From Octopus sinensis (lineage: Eukaryota), in assembly GCF_006345805.1 (NCBI RefSeq), contig NC_043023.1:4340001-4404000 (forward strand): a stretch of DNA of 64,000 bases, in the 5' to 3' direction. Every line of letters begins with the position of its first letter. Within the stretch, counting starts at the first letter, position 1. The notes beneath the pieces are model-generated. The model ran no database searches and had not been told where the DNA came from. It was given only the letters and a program-made list of their open reading frames with translations. Shown in pieces: positions 49,325 through 63,284 of this stretch. The position numbers were made by a program, and so were the translations under genes.

Positions 49325-51506
49325 TATACCACTGAATGACCAACGCACATACAGACACAAAACATGTCTGGTTCTACCTTATCATATCAACACAGTATTT
49401 GCCCTGTTAATTTCTTTGCCATCTCGAAGCAGTTGGTAAAGTGATGTAGTGAAATATTGGCGTATACAAGTAAATGCAAGTGTCGTTTACTTTGAAGTCA
49501 TCACATGCCTACTTCATCTGCTATCTCAACATCTTTGGCTACACCTTTCCCCACAACAAACATCAGCAATCTGACTGTTGCCTGTACTCTTGAGAAGAGA
49601 TGCTAGTTAGTCTTTTACACCTACCGGGATCGTTCATATTAGCCCGAAATGCTGGATAATTTTTCGTTCCTTTAAGAATAAAACTTTTCATAGATTGGAA
49701 TTTCAATCCTAATCTCTATAGAAATTTATCATTTGAAGAAAAAAAATGAATTTAAATTTTGATTTTTACGATTATAGATAATAACTTAGGCTGTAACTTC
49801 TGAGCCCGAGTCAGGCACATGTGAATGATATCAAGAGAACGTCAGCTACGAATATTTTTGGACACGGGGCATCTCTAAGACGACCGCCAAACGCCGAATG
49901 AAAATAAACTGCAACCTAGGCTCAATAAAAGGAGCCCGAATTATTGGTTGCAATTACATACATGAAGTCAGTGTTGCCTGAAATTAAATCAGCTTGCATA
50001 TACACGCTCACTTAAATAAATTTATACTTGGGCTAAGCCCGAACAGCCTGAGTGTTGGAGTCAACGCTGATATATATATCATGTGACCGACCAGGCTATC
50101 AGATGTTGCTACACATCGCTGGTCACAATGCGCTTCGCATTGTTTTAGCCCTCAAATGAGGCCACCCCGCTGGCTAAGTGAGCAGGCCAACAGAGGAAAG
50201 AGTGAGAGAAAGCTGTGGCGAAAGAGTACAGCAGGGATCGCCACCCCCTCTGCCAGAGCCTCGCGGGGCTCTTTAGGTGTTTTCGCTCAATAAACACTCA
50301 CAACGCCCGGTCTGGGAATCGAAACCGCGAGTCCGCTGCCCTAACCACTGGGCCATTGCGCCTCCACACACATACATATATATATATAAATACAAACTGG
50401 GACAAGAACGCAAAACACTTAGAAGACGATACAAAAAAACACGGACGGGACATTTGAAGCAATTTCGGCTGATTAATCTTGAGATTGCTCCGATCTGGCC
50501 AGCCCCAAATATATATATAACTGAAAGAAGTCCATGAGATATAAGTGCGTGTGTGTATCTGTTTGTCCCCCATCACCGCTTGACAACTTAGTGGTTCAGC
50601 AAAAGAGGAATGATAAAATAGGTACCATGCTGTACAAAAATAGGTACTGGAGTTGAATGAATATTCAACTAAAAATTCTTCAAGGCAATGCATCAATGTG
50701 GCTACTGTCTAATGACTGAAACAAGTAATGGATGAAAGACATACACACATATATATGTGTGTGTGGTAAGAAACTTGCTTCGCAACCACATGGTTCTGGG
50801 TTCAAGTGTCTTCTACTGTAGTCTTGGACTGACCAAAGCCTTGTGAGTGGATTTGATAAATGGAAACTGAGAGAAGCCCGTTGTATATAGGTATATTAAT
50901 ATAAACACATGTTTGTGTGTGTGATCCCCCTATACCGCTTGACAACAGGTGTTGGTGTGTTTATGTACGCGTCACTTAGTAAAAGAAAAAAAGAAAATTA
51001 AGCACCGAGGCCGATTCGACTAAAAATTCTTCCAGACGGTGCTCCAGAATGGCTGCTGTCTAATGACTGAAACAAATAAAAGAAAAAAAAAAGATATATG
51101 TAGGTAACTAGATAGAAAGATAGATATACAGTGGCAGGCACTTAGTCTAATTACAGAAAATGCATTCAAAAGTATTGTCCCGAACATGCTCGTATTACTT
51201 GCTGGTTATTGATAAGTAAAAAGGCTTTGTCATCACTCTATAATTAATTATGCATTTTACAATCGTAGGAATTGTACCGATGTATATATATATATATATC
51301 TCGAAAAAGAGATAAATTGGCACTCCACCGGCTTCGTTTCTTTAAGTTTCAGAAAAAGGCATATTTTTTTAATGAAATTTTGCGGCGTATCTTTCTGAGA
51401 GTGTTGATATTATTAAAAAAGAAAAGCGAAAGTGCGGGGCTATTCGTTTCTCTCACTCTGTAACTTCAGCGTATTTCCCGTTTTTTTTTCCCTTTCTAGA
51501 TTTATA

Positions 51507-51688
51507 TACGGTAATCCCTCGCTCTATCGCGGTTTATTATTTAAGCTTACATCGATTCCTCCGTGTTTTGCATTTACAATAAAATAAATATGTACAAATT
51601 CTTAAAATAATAAAAAAAATATATGCGGTACAGTACTGTTTCTACTTCGCGGATTTTCACCTATCGCGATAGTCGAGGGATTACTATA
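51507..51688. mobile_element. pogo/Tigger-like MITE
   Basis: TIRs cggtaatccctcgctctatcgcg / cgcgatagtcgagggattacta, with TA flanks. Confidence 0.75.
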
Positions 51689-52329
51689 TTTGAAATATCA
51701 ACATAAGCTAATATACGCTCTCAGAAAAATATCTCTGCAAAATTTCATTTAAAAATTTACAACTGTCATGAGGGAAAAATCGGGAGAGGAGGAGAAAGAT
51801 CCGAAACTGCTTAGTTAAAAAAACAAATTAATATTATTAACAATCATAATTTATATATTCGAAAAACATATCTGTAAAATTCCATGTAAAAAACTCCATT
51901 TTTCTAAATGTTATGAGGAAACAAAGTTGGGGCATCGCTCTGTAGTTATGCCTCATAGATGTGCTGACGTAGAATTAATAGAAATTTAATATCTATGAAA
52001 TATTTGGTGTGAACTAATACTGTACATTCTCCTACAATATTTTATGCCGGTTTCTTTTTAAGACCAGAGAGTGATTTCGGTGATATTTCCAAGAACGAGG
52101 GACGGTCGTTGCGGTGTTCAATCATGGAGCTCTTTCTTTTGACGCGAGTTCAAATCCCGCTAATGTTGATTCTCAGCTTTTCACCCTCTGTAACGACCGG
52201 TACCAGAAGTCAATTACTCACTTAGATATATGATCGATTATAACCCCAATTTATCACGAGATCACAACCTCCATACAATAACTAATACATGACTTAATTT
52301 ATTTGATTAAATATCGATATAAACGAACA

Positions 52330-53360
52330 ATCCTGGGCTTCGGTTTTCGCGCCATTTCTAAGCCCCTTCTAAGCGTACTCTTTGCTGATTGGTCGGGATT
52401 CTGTCACCGCTCAGGCAAATCACTGCTTTGTGCGTCATCTAAAAATAGTGCAAGGTCATGAACTAGATTTCTACACTTCACTCAGAGTCTTCAACTTCAC
52501 TCACACTCAGTCTTACACGCACGCTTCTGGACGTACACACTACATTCCCACAATTCCCGGCGCCTGACGGAAATCAATATTCGTAGTAATAACATTAAGA
52601 CAAATATATTAAGAAAATTATTAATTTATAGAAATCGAAGAAAATAACTTACTTAGAAAAATAAAGACGAAAATTATAAAACACTAAAAAAAATACTGGC
52701 GAAAATTTGAAAAAAACCTACGAATAAAAACAAATAAAAGAAATTTAATTCCTTCCCAGCATTCTTTTAAGTAAGACGCGCGCGGTTTAGAGATTCTCCG
52801 GAACTCCAATCCAGAGAAGCAGAAGTAACGGTGGTGGGTTACACAGTTTAGCCAAATATGTAAGTATTAAATCTACGGCAGAACATGTCGTATTTTTTTC
52901 ACAATCGATGTATATTTATTTTGCTCTGTCATTTCAAATCAACATTTTGTAATTTTCATCCATGTCCGGTCTCTGCAATGCTATCGATGCAGTTGGATGA
53001 TGTTTTTTTTGTATGCTGAAGCCATTGGCATGGCGGGTTTTTTCATTAAAAAAAAATAATAAAATAATAATTTTCTTGTAATATTCATCAATCATCCGCC
53101 ATTTCTCTTCGTAATTCTACATGCTTGTGTTTCTTTACGCTTTCCTTAGTGTTCTTTCTTATCGGATGACTGTTTCTTGCGTGGTTTTATCGACGATTTT
53201 AGCTGGATTTTTGTTGGGTAGTGAATGGCTGGATGTGTTCTGTGAGCGGGCTGTAATGGCGGGCGGCGATGACGACATGATGGTGACACCTCTCGTCTCT
53301 AATCATTTTCTCTCTCTTTCTTCAAATAATGTCGCCAATATTCATACAGACGTCTGCTGT
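52330..53360. promoter_or_regulatory. Candidate promoter / 5' exon region of an unidentified gene
   Basis: Non-repetitive and relatively CpG-rich. Contains E2F-like TTTTCGCGCC (52344), YY1-like CGCCATTT (about 52350 and 53099), inverted CCAAT (CTGATTGG, 52385) and a + strand donor AT|GTAAGT at 52860. Confidence 0.35.
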
Positions 53361-54077
53361 TAACATTTATACAAATTATATTTAACCAAGTACAAATTTT
53401 GAATCCTTTATGGTCTCCTGTAAAGGAAATATGCCGTGTGTGTGTGTGTCTGCATTGTATCTGGCTGCTTCATTTAATATTTCTCTATTTTCAGATATTT
53501 GCGTTATATTTTCTATCCTGCTCTACACACACGCACACATACAATGTGTGCGTATATATATCTATATACACACATACTTTCACACGCATACATTATGATC
53601 GTGCGTGTATATATATGCGTTTTGTCTATGCGTGTCTTTATACGCATAAATGTCCGATGTTTATACATAAAAATATCGGGCGACCTGTATAAAAGTGTAT
53701 ATAATCACATTCGTATACTCGATGTAAAATCCTAACAATTATATACAATATATACACATTGTTAATATGTATATATTCATATATTCGTGTATATATTGTA
53801 TATTCATACTCGTGTATACGCATCCACAGACGGTCATAGAAATGTATGTATATTTGAACGCTTGAACGTTACTGTATTCAGTATACATGTGAACTCACTT
53901 CCGTGTGCGTATATATAAATATATATATATTGTATTAGTATATTGAGATGTCGTTGAGGCCAAGCTGCAGCATCTCTTTTAATGCGCGCGAGTGTATATG
54001 TGTGTGTATAATGGTCTACGTAAGTACTTGTTATATAACCGTTATATTTATATGCACCTCATGTCTAATATATATAT

Positions 54078-56560
54078 GTGAAAGATAGCCATATATATAT
54101 ACATATATATATGTGAAAGATAGCCATATATACATATATATATGTGAAAGATAGCCATATATACATATATATATGTGAAAGATAGCCATATATACATATA
54201 TATGTGAAAGATAGCCATATATACATATATATATGTGAAAGATAGCCATATATACATATATATATGTGAAAGATAGCCATATATACATATATGTGAAAGA
54301 TAGCCATATATACATATATGTGAAAGATAGCCATATATACATATATGTGAAAGATAGCCATATATACATATATGTGAAAGATAGCCATATATACATATAT
54401 GTGAAAGATAGCCATATATACATATATGTGAAAGATATACATATATATATGTGAAAGATAGCCATATATACATATATATATGTGAAAGATAGCCATATAT
54501 ATATACATATATGTGAAAGATAGCCATATATATATACATATATGTGAAAGATAGCCATATGTATATACATATATGTGAAAGATAGCCATATATATATACA
54601 TATATGTGAAAGATAGCCATATATATGTACATATATGTGAAAGATAGCCATATATATATATACATATATGTGAAAGATAGCCATATATATATACATATAT
54701 GTGAAAGATAGCCATATATATATACATATATGTGAAAGATAGCCATATATATATACATATATATATGTGAAAGATAGCCATATATATATACATATATATA
54801 TGTGAAAGATAGCCATATATATATACATATATATATGTGAAAGATAGCCATATATATATACATATATATATGTGAAAGATAGCCATATATATACATATAT
54901 ATATGTGAAAGATAGCCATATATATATACATATATATATGTGAAAGATAGCCATATATATATACATATATATATGTGAAAGATAGCCATATATATATACA
55001 TATATATATGTGAAAGATAGCCATATATACATATATATATGTGAAAGCCATATATATATACATATATGTGAAAGATAGCCATATATATATACATATATGT
55101 GAAAGATAGCCATATGTATATACATATATGTGAAAGATAGCCATATATATATACATATATGTGAAAGATAGCCATATATATGTACATATATGTGAAAGAT
55201 AGCCATATATATGTACATATATGTGAAAGATAGCCATATATATATATACATATATGTGAAAGATAGCCATATATATATACATATATGTGAAAGATAGCCA
55301 TATATATATACATATATATATGTGAAAGATAGCCATATATATATACATATATATATGTGAAAGATAGCCATATATATATACATATATATATGTGAAAGAT
55401 AGCCATATATATATACATATATATATGTGAAAGATAGCCATATATATATACATATATATATGTGAAAGATAGCCATATATATATACATATATATATGTGA
55501 AAGATAGCCATATATATATACATATATATATGTGAAAGATAGCCATATATATATACATATATATATGTGTGAAAGATAGCCATATATATAGACATATATA
55601 TATGTGAAAGATAGCCATATATATAGACATATATATATGTGAAAGATAGCCATATATATAGACATATATATATGTGAAAGATAGCCATATATATAGACAT
55701 ATATATATGTGAAAGATAGCCATATATACATATATATGTGAAAGATAGCCATATATACATATATATGTGAAAGATAGCCATATATACATATATATGTGAA
55801 AGATAGCCATACATACATATATATGTGAAAGATAGCCATACATACATGTATATATGTGAAAGATAGCCATATATACATGTATATATGTGAAAGATAGCCA
55901 TATATACATGTATATATGTGAAAGATAGCCATATATACATGTATATATGTGAAAGATAGCCATATATATATACATGTATATATGTGAAAGATAGCCATAT
56001 ATATATACATGTATATATGTGAAAGATAGCCATATATATATATATACATATATATATGTGAAAGATAGCCATATATATATACATATATATATGTGAAAGA
56101 TAGCCATATATATATACATATATATATGTGAAAGATAGCCATATATATATACATATATATATGTGAAAGATAGCCATATATATATACATATATATAAGTG
56201 AAAGATAGCCATATATATATACATATATATAAGTGAAAGATAGCCATATATATATACATATATATAAGTGAAAGATAGCCATATATATATACATATATAT
56301 AAGTGAAAGATAGCCATATATATATACATATATATAAGTGAAAGATAGCCATATATATATACATATATATAAGTGAAAGATAGCCATATATATATACATA
56401 TATATAAGTGAAAGATAGCTATATATATATACATATATATGTGAAAGATAGCTATATATATATACATATATATAAGTGAAAGATAGCTATATATATATAT
56501 ACATATATATAAGTGAAAGATAGCTATATATATATACATATATATAAGTGAAAGATAGCC
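54078..56560. repeat. Minisatellite with a constant GTGAAAGATAGCC core and variable (AT)n-AC-(AT)n spacers
   Basis: About 2.5 kb with units of about 26-36 bp; roughly 75-80 copies (estimated from length). Confidence 0.97.
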
Positions 56561-57143
56561 ATATATATATATATATATAAATAAAATCAAAGGAAAGCAC
56601 CTTGTAGAGAGTGGCTAATAAAAACGTATACCTGTGTGTGTAGGGAGTTCGTACTCTTTGTAAAACTAGCAATGTATGTGTGTATATATAGTCAATATAT
56701 ACATACGTCCGCACTTTGTGTGTGTATATATATATATGCACACCTACGCATCTGTGTACTTTAAGCAAGGTATGTGTGTGCATTTATTGGTTAAAGCTTG
56801 GGGTTTTGCTTACTAAACTTCTCCGCCATACGGCTTTTATAATCACAAAATACAATTTATGGAATTCAACACAATTTTATTTTCCCATTGAGGTAGATAT
56901 TCAAAAATTTTCCCACAAATGTAGAAGTATATGTTCATTGTCCACTTAAATGCAACTCTCCTTTTGAGTGAGAAGCCTAACCATATGTATTTTATATCAT
57001 CCTTGAAGTACAATGTCCTCTTTGCTATATTTCATTTACACCCACGTGCGCAGTCGTGTGTAATGTTTCGTGTCGGTTCCGTGTATGTGTGTGCATGTAT
57101 GTATATATGTATGTCTTTGGCTTCTATGTATCCGCCTACATTA

Positions 57144-57191
<48 letters not shown>

Positions 57192-58589
57192 ATAAATAAA
57201 TGTACTTATCTTCTATCGGTTTTGCGGATTATAGCGTATGACTTGTTTTCGTGGATGTATGAATATAGGTGCAATTCTGCTCCATGCCCCCAATTTTTTT
57301 TTTTTGAATTTTCAGAAAATTTTTGCGAATGTGTTTTACACACGGGTTTTTTACGATTATGCAAAAAAATAAGTTGTGATTGAAGGGCGATTTAGTTGTG
57401 TTTAGCAAATCCCACGACCACCTGATACATTCTCTTTGTCACTGATGTTTTTCCAGTGTTTTCCCCCATGAACAAATTTAATGGTCCGTTGCTATATTTA
57501 TTTATTCTAAAACAATGTTGACGCTGACTTAAACGTTTCGGCCAGCTAAGCCGTTGGCCGAAACTCGCAAGTCAGTGTCAACATTGTTTAAGAATAAATT
57601 ACTCTACAAAAGTGTAGAGGAACCTCTTGTTTTTTATTATAACTGAATATAATTATAAAGTTGTGAGGACGCAGTCGGGGCGGTGTTTTAGCTAGCCATG
57701 TTTTAAGGAACGAACATTGCTTGTTCCACTTTTAACCCTCCATCTTTTTTGGGGTGGGGGGGTGACAGTATTCCATCCGGATCAGCGATTCTTTGCTGAA
57801 GAGCAGTATGAAGTGTACCACAAATAAAAATGCCTGGAGATAGTTCAAATCCTGTTGGAACGAGCTTTCAAGGTATTAGAATATAAATATGGCTCTCTCC
57901 TTAAATATGTGATGATTCGAACGGCAGAAACGGAGCACCGGATTAAGTTCAGTCGAGGACATGCCAATCAGGGAAAACCTAGATAGTCGCTCTTCTAGAA
58001 ATAGCAACCAGCTTACGGAAAGACGCATTTTTTTCCATCTTGAATTTTGAAGGAAAAAAATTAAAGGAAAAGGATGGCCAGATTTTGTTGTATACCTCTC
58101 TTAATTCTAAACGAACCTCAACATGTTGCATTATGTTCGTAATGAAACAGAAAACGCTTCAATTTCACTTGTGATAGGGCGCAGGAGAGGGGATGTTTAT
58201 TTATTTGAAATTTTACAGAATTATTTTCTACATATTTCGCCAAAAAATTTATTTTGAAAAAGTGAACATTTAAGAAATTTGGGGAAGGGGTGGGATTTAA
58301 ATTTTGAAATGCAGATTTTTTTTTTTTTTGCGAATTCGGAATCTCCGCCCTCGGTATATAGTGTGTTCTTGTAAAAAAGAACACACTACCAGTTTTCGGT
58401 TACTTTCTACTGAGGTTAGTGAAAAGTAATATTAGTTAAGAACCAGTATAAATACCAAGCAGCACTAACCCTCTCCCCTGTCCCTTTAACATATTGGTGG
58501 ACTGCCAGTATTGTATATAAATAGTTATTGCAGACAATGGGATACAAGGGTGCGACAAATATCTGAATACTAGGGCTGGCATAGCTACA

Positions 58590-59500
58590 GATTTCTATCC
58601 TCCCCCGACTTTCAGAAAAATCGATGTTTTTTAATGAAAATGTCTACGAATATGTTACATCATGTAGATTCCGAATATACAAAATCTGGGGGGAGAGGAT
58701 TTCGGAAAATTCAGAAATATATCTCGGACTATGTAGATTCCGAAGACAGGAATTTACAGGTTATTTTTGAGAACTGTTCCCCCCATGGGGATATTTCGGA
58801 ACGAATCGTCCATATTGGTTTCATTTTCTCCGTTTTGTGCGTTTGTGCATCCGTAGATTTCTGCTGAAGCAAATAAACAGGCAATGACGACAAATGAAGC
58901 TCTCACCAGAAAACTCGTTATGCTAAGAATAACAGCTAAATGTCTAGTACACAGAGATATGTTGAGACGACTTAGCTGTTGCATACGATTTTTTTTCACT
59001 TTAAATTTCCAGGTAAACGCTTAAAATAGAAAGAAGACACTAGAAGCAAAAATAAGGAATATACACTCACAGTTAAATATAGAAGTGTAAAGTATAATTT
59101 ATTACATAATCTTTATAATAAACATGATATTCCCCGTTTGGACTTTTTAAAATTAGGTGTGTGTGTGTAAAAATCTACGGATGCACAAACACACAAAACA
59201 GAAAATGAAACAAATATGGATGACTTGTTCCGAAAATAACCTCCAATTGTTTCCCCCCAAAATTCCTATGTTCTCGGAATCGACAGTCCGAGGTATATTT
59301 TGTAAAGAATTTCATTAAAAATATCCATTTTCTTGAAAGTTAAGACGAATTAAAGTATATACTCCGGTGAATTTTCCGAAACCCCCCTACCTCCCCAATT
59401 CTGTATATTCGGAATCTACATGATACAAAGCCAATATTCATAGAAAATTTCGTTAAAAAAAATATCTATTTTTCTGAAATTGGTGAACATTCAAAAGTCG
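58590..59500. repeat. Imperfect long inverted repeat of a dispersed repeat family
   Basis: About 58590-58862 pairs with about 59170-59500 (for example tgcatccgtagattt / aaatctacggatgca and catgtagattccgaatatac / gtatattcggaatctacatg). Confidence 0.75.
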
Positions 59501-61053
59501 AGAGGTGGGGTTGTAGTTATGCCCCAGGGCTAGTCGTTGCCTTGTAGTTGAAAGGCGTTCCCCTAATGACTGGCCCTGAAAGAGACGTGGTTAATTACGG
59601 AATATGTAATCTATTGATTCCGATTTCTTATTTGACAAATACTTGCTCCACCGTCAAAAAGCATTCGTTTTGAAGTGAGAGGTGAAACTGAAATTCCGTC
59701 CTCAGTGCCCCTTATTAAGAGTCCACCAAGCTTATGTTTCATATGGGGCAGGGATGTTGTGATTTAAATGTGTACAGACAAAACAAATTTGCTGTGTTCA
59801 GTACAACAGCATTATGGATGTTTGGGGGTTATTGAACAGTTTAAACGTGAAAAAATCCCTTGTTCTGATTCCTTACGTTCTGAGTAAAAGTACTGTGACG
59901 GTAATTTTTTTTCCAATCCGACTTCGAAATCGATTAATCTCATCTCGAAATTAGAAGTTTCTTAAAATTTATTTTAGCGGTGATAGTGGTGAGGGTTTTG
60001 GTATTTTGCCAGTTTTTAGAACCAATTGTTCTACGATCGCTGTTGTCTAAGATCTAATAACATTTGAATGTGATAACAGGATACTAGTTGGAAATTTAAA
60101 GGCTGCGGAGAACGGGTTCCAGTGATTTTAAAAATTTTATAGAGGTGGTTCGTCTATAGGTGTTGTATGGGTGGTTTGGGTTGAAGGAATGGCTTTTGGT
60201 GTCAACCTGATGGAACAAGATAGGTGACTTTCATTGGTGGAGTTTCGAAATGGATGTTTCTGTATCTCATTGAGAGCACGGTTTCCTGTGTTGCCGGAAT
60301 TAAAATTCTTGGAAAATGGTTTTTTAATAAAAAAAATTCAATATTATACTTCCCACCACCACATTTTCCCGCTATTATGAGGTAAATGCTATTAATTTCG
60401 AAACAGCTTGTCATTCAACAATTAGGACTTTACATGCCTTCCCATATTTTTAAGACCTTTCCCTCCCCATATACATGATATATAGGATTTGGCTCCTATG
60501 AACGACCATATCTCAGTAATTAAATTTTTATCCAGAGCCGTGTTTCTGTAAAGCGCGTAAATGTTCTTTGAGGAAAACTCCATTTGTGAGCGTGGGAAGA
60601 AGGAAGTTTGGTTTGTATTAAACTACAAGACTGACAAATCAATTTATGTAAAAACTGGTACAAATCTTGTTACGTACTTTCGCTTAGTCAGTACTTAATA
60701 TGATGGCTGCCGTTGAAATATTGGGTCTCATGGTTGTATACTGATGCTTCTACTTGGGAATTACTGGAAAAGTACACGTGTTTGGAATATTCAGCCATTT
60801 GGCACCCCTAATTCAAGTAGATTTGTCTGAACAACACTCATACTTACAAAAAAAAAAAAGAACCAACGGGAGTGTTTCATCTGTTCTGTAATCAGTATTG
60901 TGTGTGTGTGTGGTGTGTGTGTGTGTGAGAGAGAGAGAGAAATAGTAGGGGGAAGTTAATTTTGTATGAGAGACTTTGTGGGGGTTTATTAACAGATGTC
61001 AAGCATTTGCATATACATGTAGGTAAAAATAGAATAAAGGAGGTAGTTCACAT

Positions 61054-61115
61054 ATAGCTCAGTTGAGAGAAATTCGTTAGACTGAAGGTGTCCGGTTCAA
61101 TCCCGGGTTTTGGCA
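61054..61115 (+). pseudogene. tRNA-Phe(GAA) pseudogene
   Basis: Reads ATAGCTCAGTTGaGAGA..CGTTAGACTGAAG..GGTTCAATCCCGGGTTTtGGCA, versus eukaryotic tRNA-Phe. The 5' acceptor strand and the 3' anticodon stem are lost. A T-run follows. Confidence 0.8.
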
Positions 61116-62539
61116 TCTAGCAGCTGATAGCTTTTTTTTTTTTTTTTTATAAGCGCAAGTGTGGTTATGTGGTTGAGCTTGCTTCCCAACCGTTTGGTCT
61201 TGGATTCAAGTCCCACTATGCGGCACTTGGACAAGAGCATTCTACAGCTCCGGCCTGACTTAAGTTGAGTGAGTGGATTTGGTAGACGGAAATAAAAACC
61301 TATGTGACCCACACCCGCTGCTTGACAACCGTGTTGGTTTGTGACTTAGCAGTTCGGTAAGAGGCAGTAGAATAAACACTGAGGGTGATTTCTTCGATAA
61401 CCAGGCTCCAATATGACTCTTGGGGGTTCATAAAAAAGATTTTGTTGATGTTTATCTGCACAATATTTTAACCATTTTATAAAATAGGATTTTTAAACAT
61501 TGAATTGCTATGAGGCCCGTGTGAAATATGAATTAAGGGGTCCATAGGCAAAAAAAAAAAAAAGAAATGGTTGAGTATCACTGGATTAAACCTTCAAGGC
61601 AGTACTGCTTGAGCGCAGCTAATGACAAAAGAAGTAGATGGATGGTGACTGAATGACGTAAAGGTGTTCAAAATTTCTAGGTCATATTGTGTTTAAACAA
61701 GTTAAATGTTTTGATTCAAATTTCGATTCATCGGAGACCCCAGCTTTTGTGTATAAATAAAATTTTGAAATAATTATGGTGTCACTTATCTCCTTTTTCT
61801 CTTCAATTCTTTATTTCCAACAGATCTATCCAGCTACCTCTTCCATCTTTTTCTACCCTAGCAATACAGTAAGGATTTGAACACTTTTTTTTGTGAATTT
61901 TCGAAACTTCGTTATATTTCAGGCATTAAGATTAAATATTCACTTCAAATCGATCGTGCCATTCCTTTTTCAGTTAAGATTGTTCTAAAAAAATCCTTTC
62001 TCCTCTGAGAAAGGAAATAACCATCTAGTGGAAGATATTGGCGGCTCAAGGCCAGGGACCGCACCTGGTTCCATAGTCTGCTTTGGCTTCGTTTCTACGG
62101 TTAGATACCCTTCCTAACACCAATCATTTCACTGGGTGTTTTTTACGTGGCATCTTGGTTTTAGGAATTTCAATTGTTTTCGGCAGGCCTTGAGTCACAT
62201 CTGTCATCTTCTTCATAAAGCTCAGTGTTTGAGATCAGTTTTCAGGAAGGTGGGGATACTGGTAATATCTACGCATGCAAACAGACGATTGTGTTGAGCG
62301 ATAATAAGATTGGAGTAAAGGTAAAGTTTAAAATGAGGCATGTCACTTCAAGAAAGTGGTCCTGTTTTGAACGTCAGGTTTCGACTTTGTCCTCCGGAGC
62401 ACAGTCTATTTATATTGTGGACAACACTTTTGATGTGATGGTGCCGCGACCCAAATGCAGCTTTTTCGAATGACTCGCCCCAATTCAATGTAAATGGGCA
62501 TTGTGGTGATAGTGTAGTAGCATAAACGACAGCAAGATA

Positions 62540-62830
62540 ATAGGGGGAAAATGAGTGTATACAAGCGGCCGAAATGGGGTTTCTGAAGGATCTCTGGAGT
62601 AATGTTACATGACAGAGTATGTAGCGCGGTCTCTGCATTAAGAAAGAGGCCACAGGTCCGGTACTTCGGACAAACTAACCGACAGGAGACCTAGGGGTAG
62701 AACGAGATGGTTGGATAATGTGTTCTGGTAATCCAACTGGAGATGTTTGGTATGGATACGATACCTGAGAACTCTACCCCCACGACTCTACCAAGAGTAG
62801 TGGACGGAAACTTGTGTATAGTAGGGTGTG
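62540..62830 (+). mobile_element. Degenerate RTE (Rex3/Expander-like) LINE 3' fragment
   Basis: Reads IQAAEMGFLK..LHDRV..; then agacctaggggtagaacgagatgg (RPRGRxRW). Confidence 0.55.
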
Positions 62831-63080
62831 TGCATGGGAGAATAGTTAACTGTAGATAATGGTTTCAATTGTTGATAAAAGGGCCAACAATTTCGGGAGA
62901 GAAGCGAAGTCGTTTATATCGCTCACTAATTCTAAATTGGTACTTAATTTACTGATCCCGAAAGGCTAAGTGGGCCATGGCGAAATTTGAACTAAACGTG
63001 AAGACGAACGAAATGCCGCTAAGTATTTTGCGCGGCGTACTCATGATTCTGCCAGCTCACCGCCTTAACACACTCTAGAC

Positions 63081-63284
63081 CAGTGATTCCCAAGGTGGGG
63101 CGTACGCCCCACTGGTGGGGCCTGAGAAAATTCAGGTGGGGCGCGGGGCATAGACGTGGGCTGTGAAAATATTTGTACATGACGAGCGGTACTTGTAAAT
63201 GTGAGTGGACATGGGAAAAGGTGGGGCGTAAAAACTTTTGCTATGAAAAAGTGGGGCGCCGGGAAAAAAGGTTGGGAAACACTG
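63081..63284. mobile_element. hAT (Charlie-like) MITE with perfect 8-bp TSD
   Basis: TIRs cagtgattcccaa / ttgggaaacactg. CTCTAGAC is duplicated at 63073-63080 and 63285-63292. Confidence 0.92.

Noticed and set aside
54078-56560. CRISPR-like repeat/spacer appearance
   Set aside because: Spacers are (AT)n variants of one another rather than unique sequences, the core is only 13 bp, the context is eukaryotic, and there are no cas genes.
54031-56590. Three 777-841-aa minus-strand ORFs
   Set aside because: All three frames are open only because the minisatellite unit has no stop triplet on that strand. The products are Y/I/M/H repeats.
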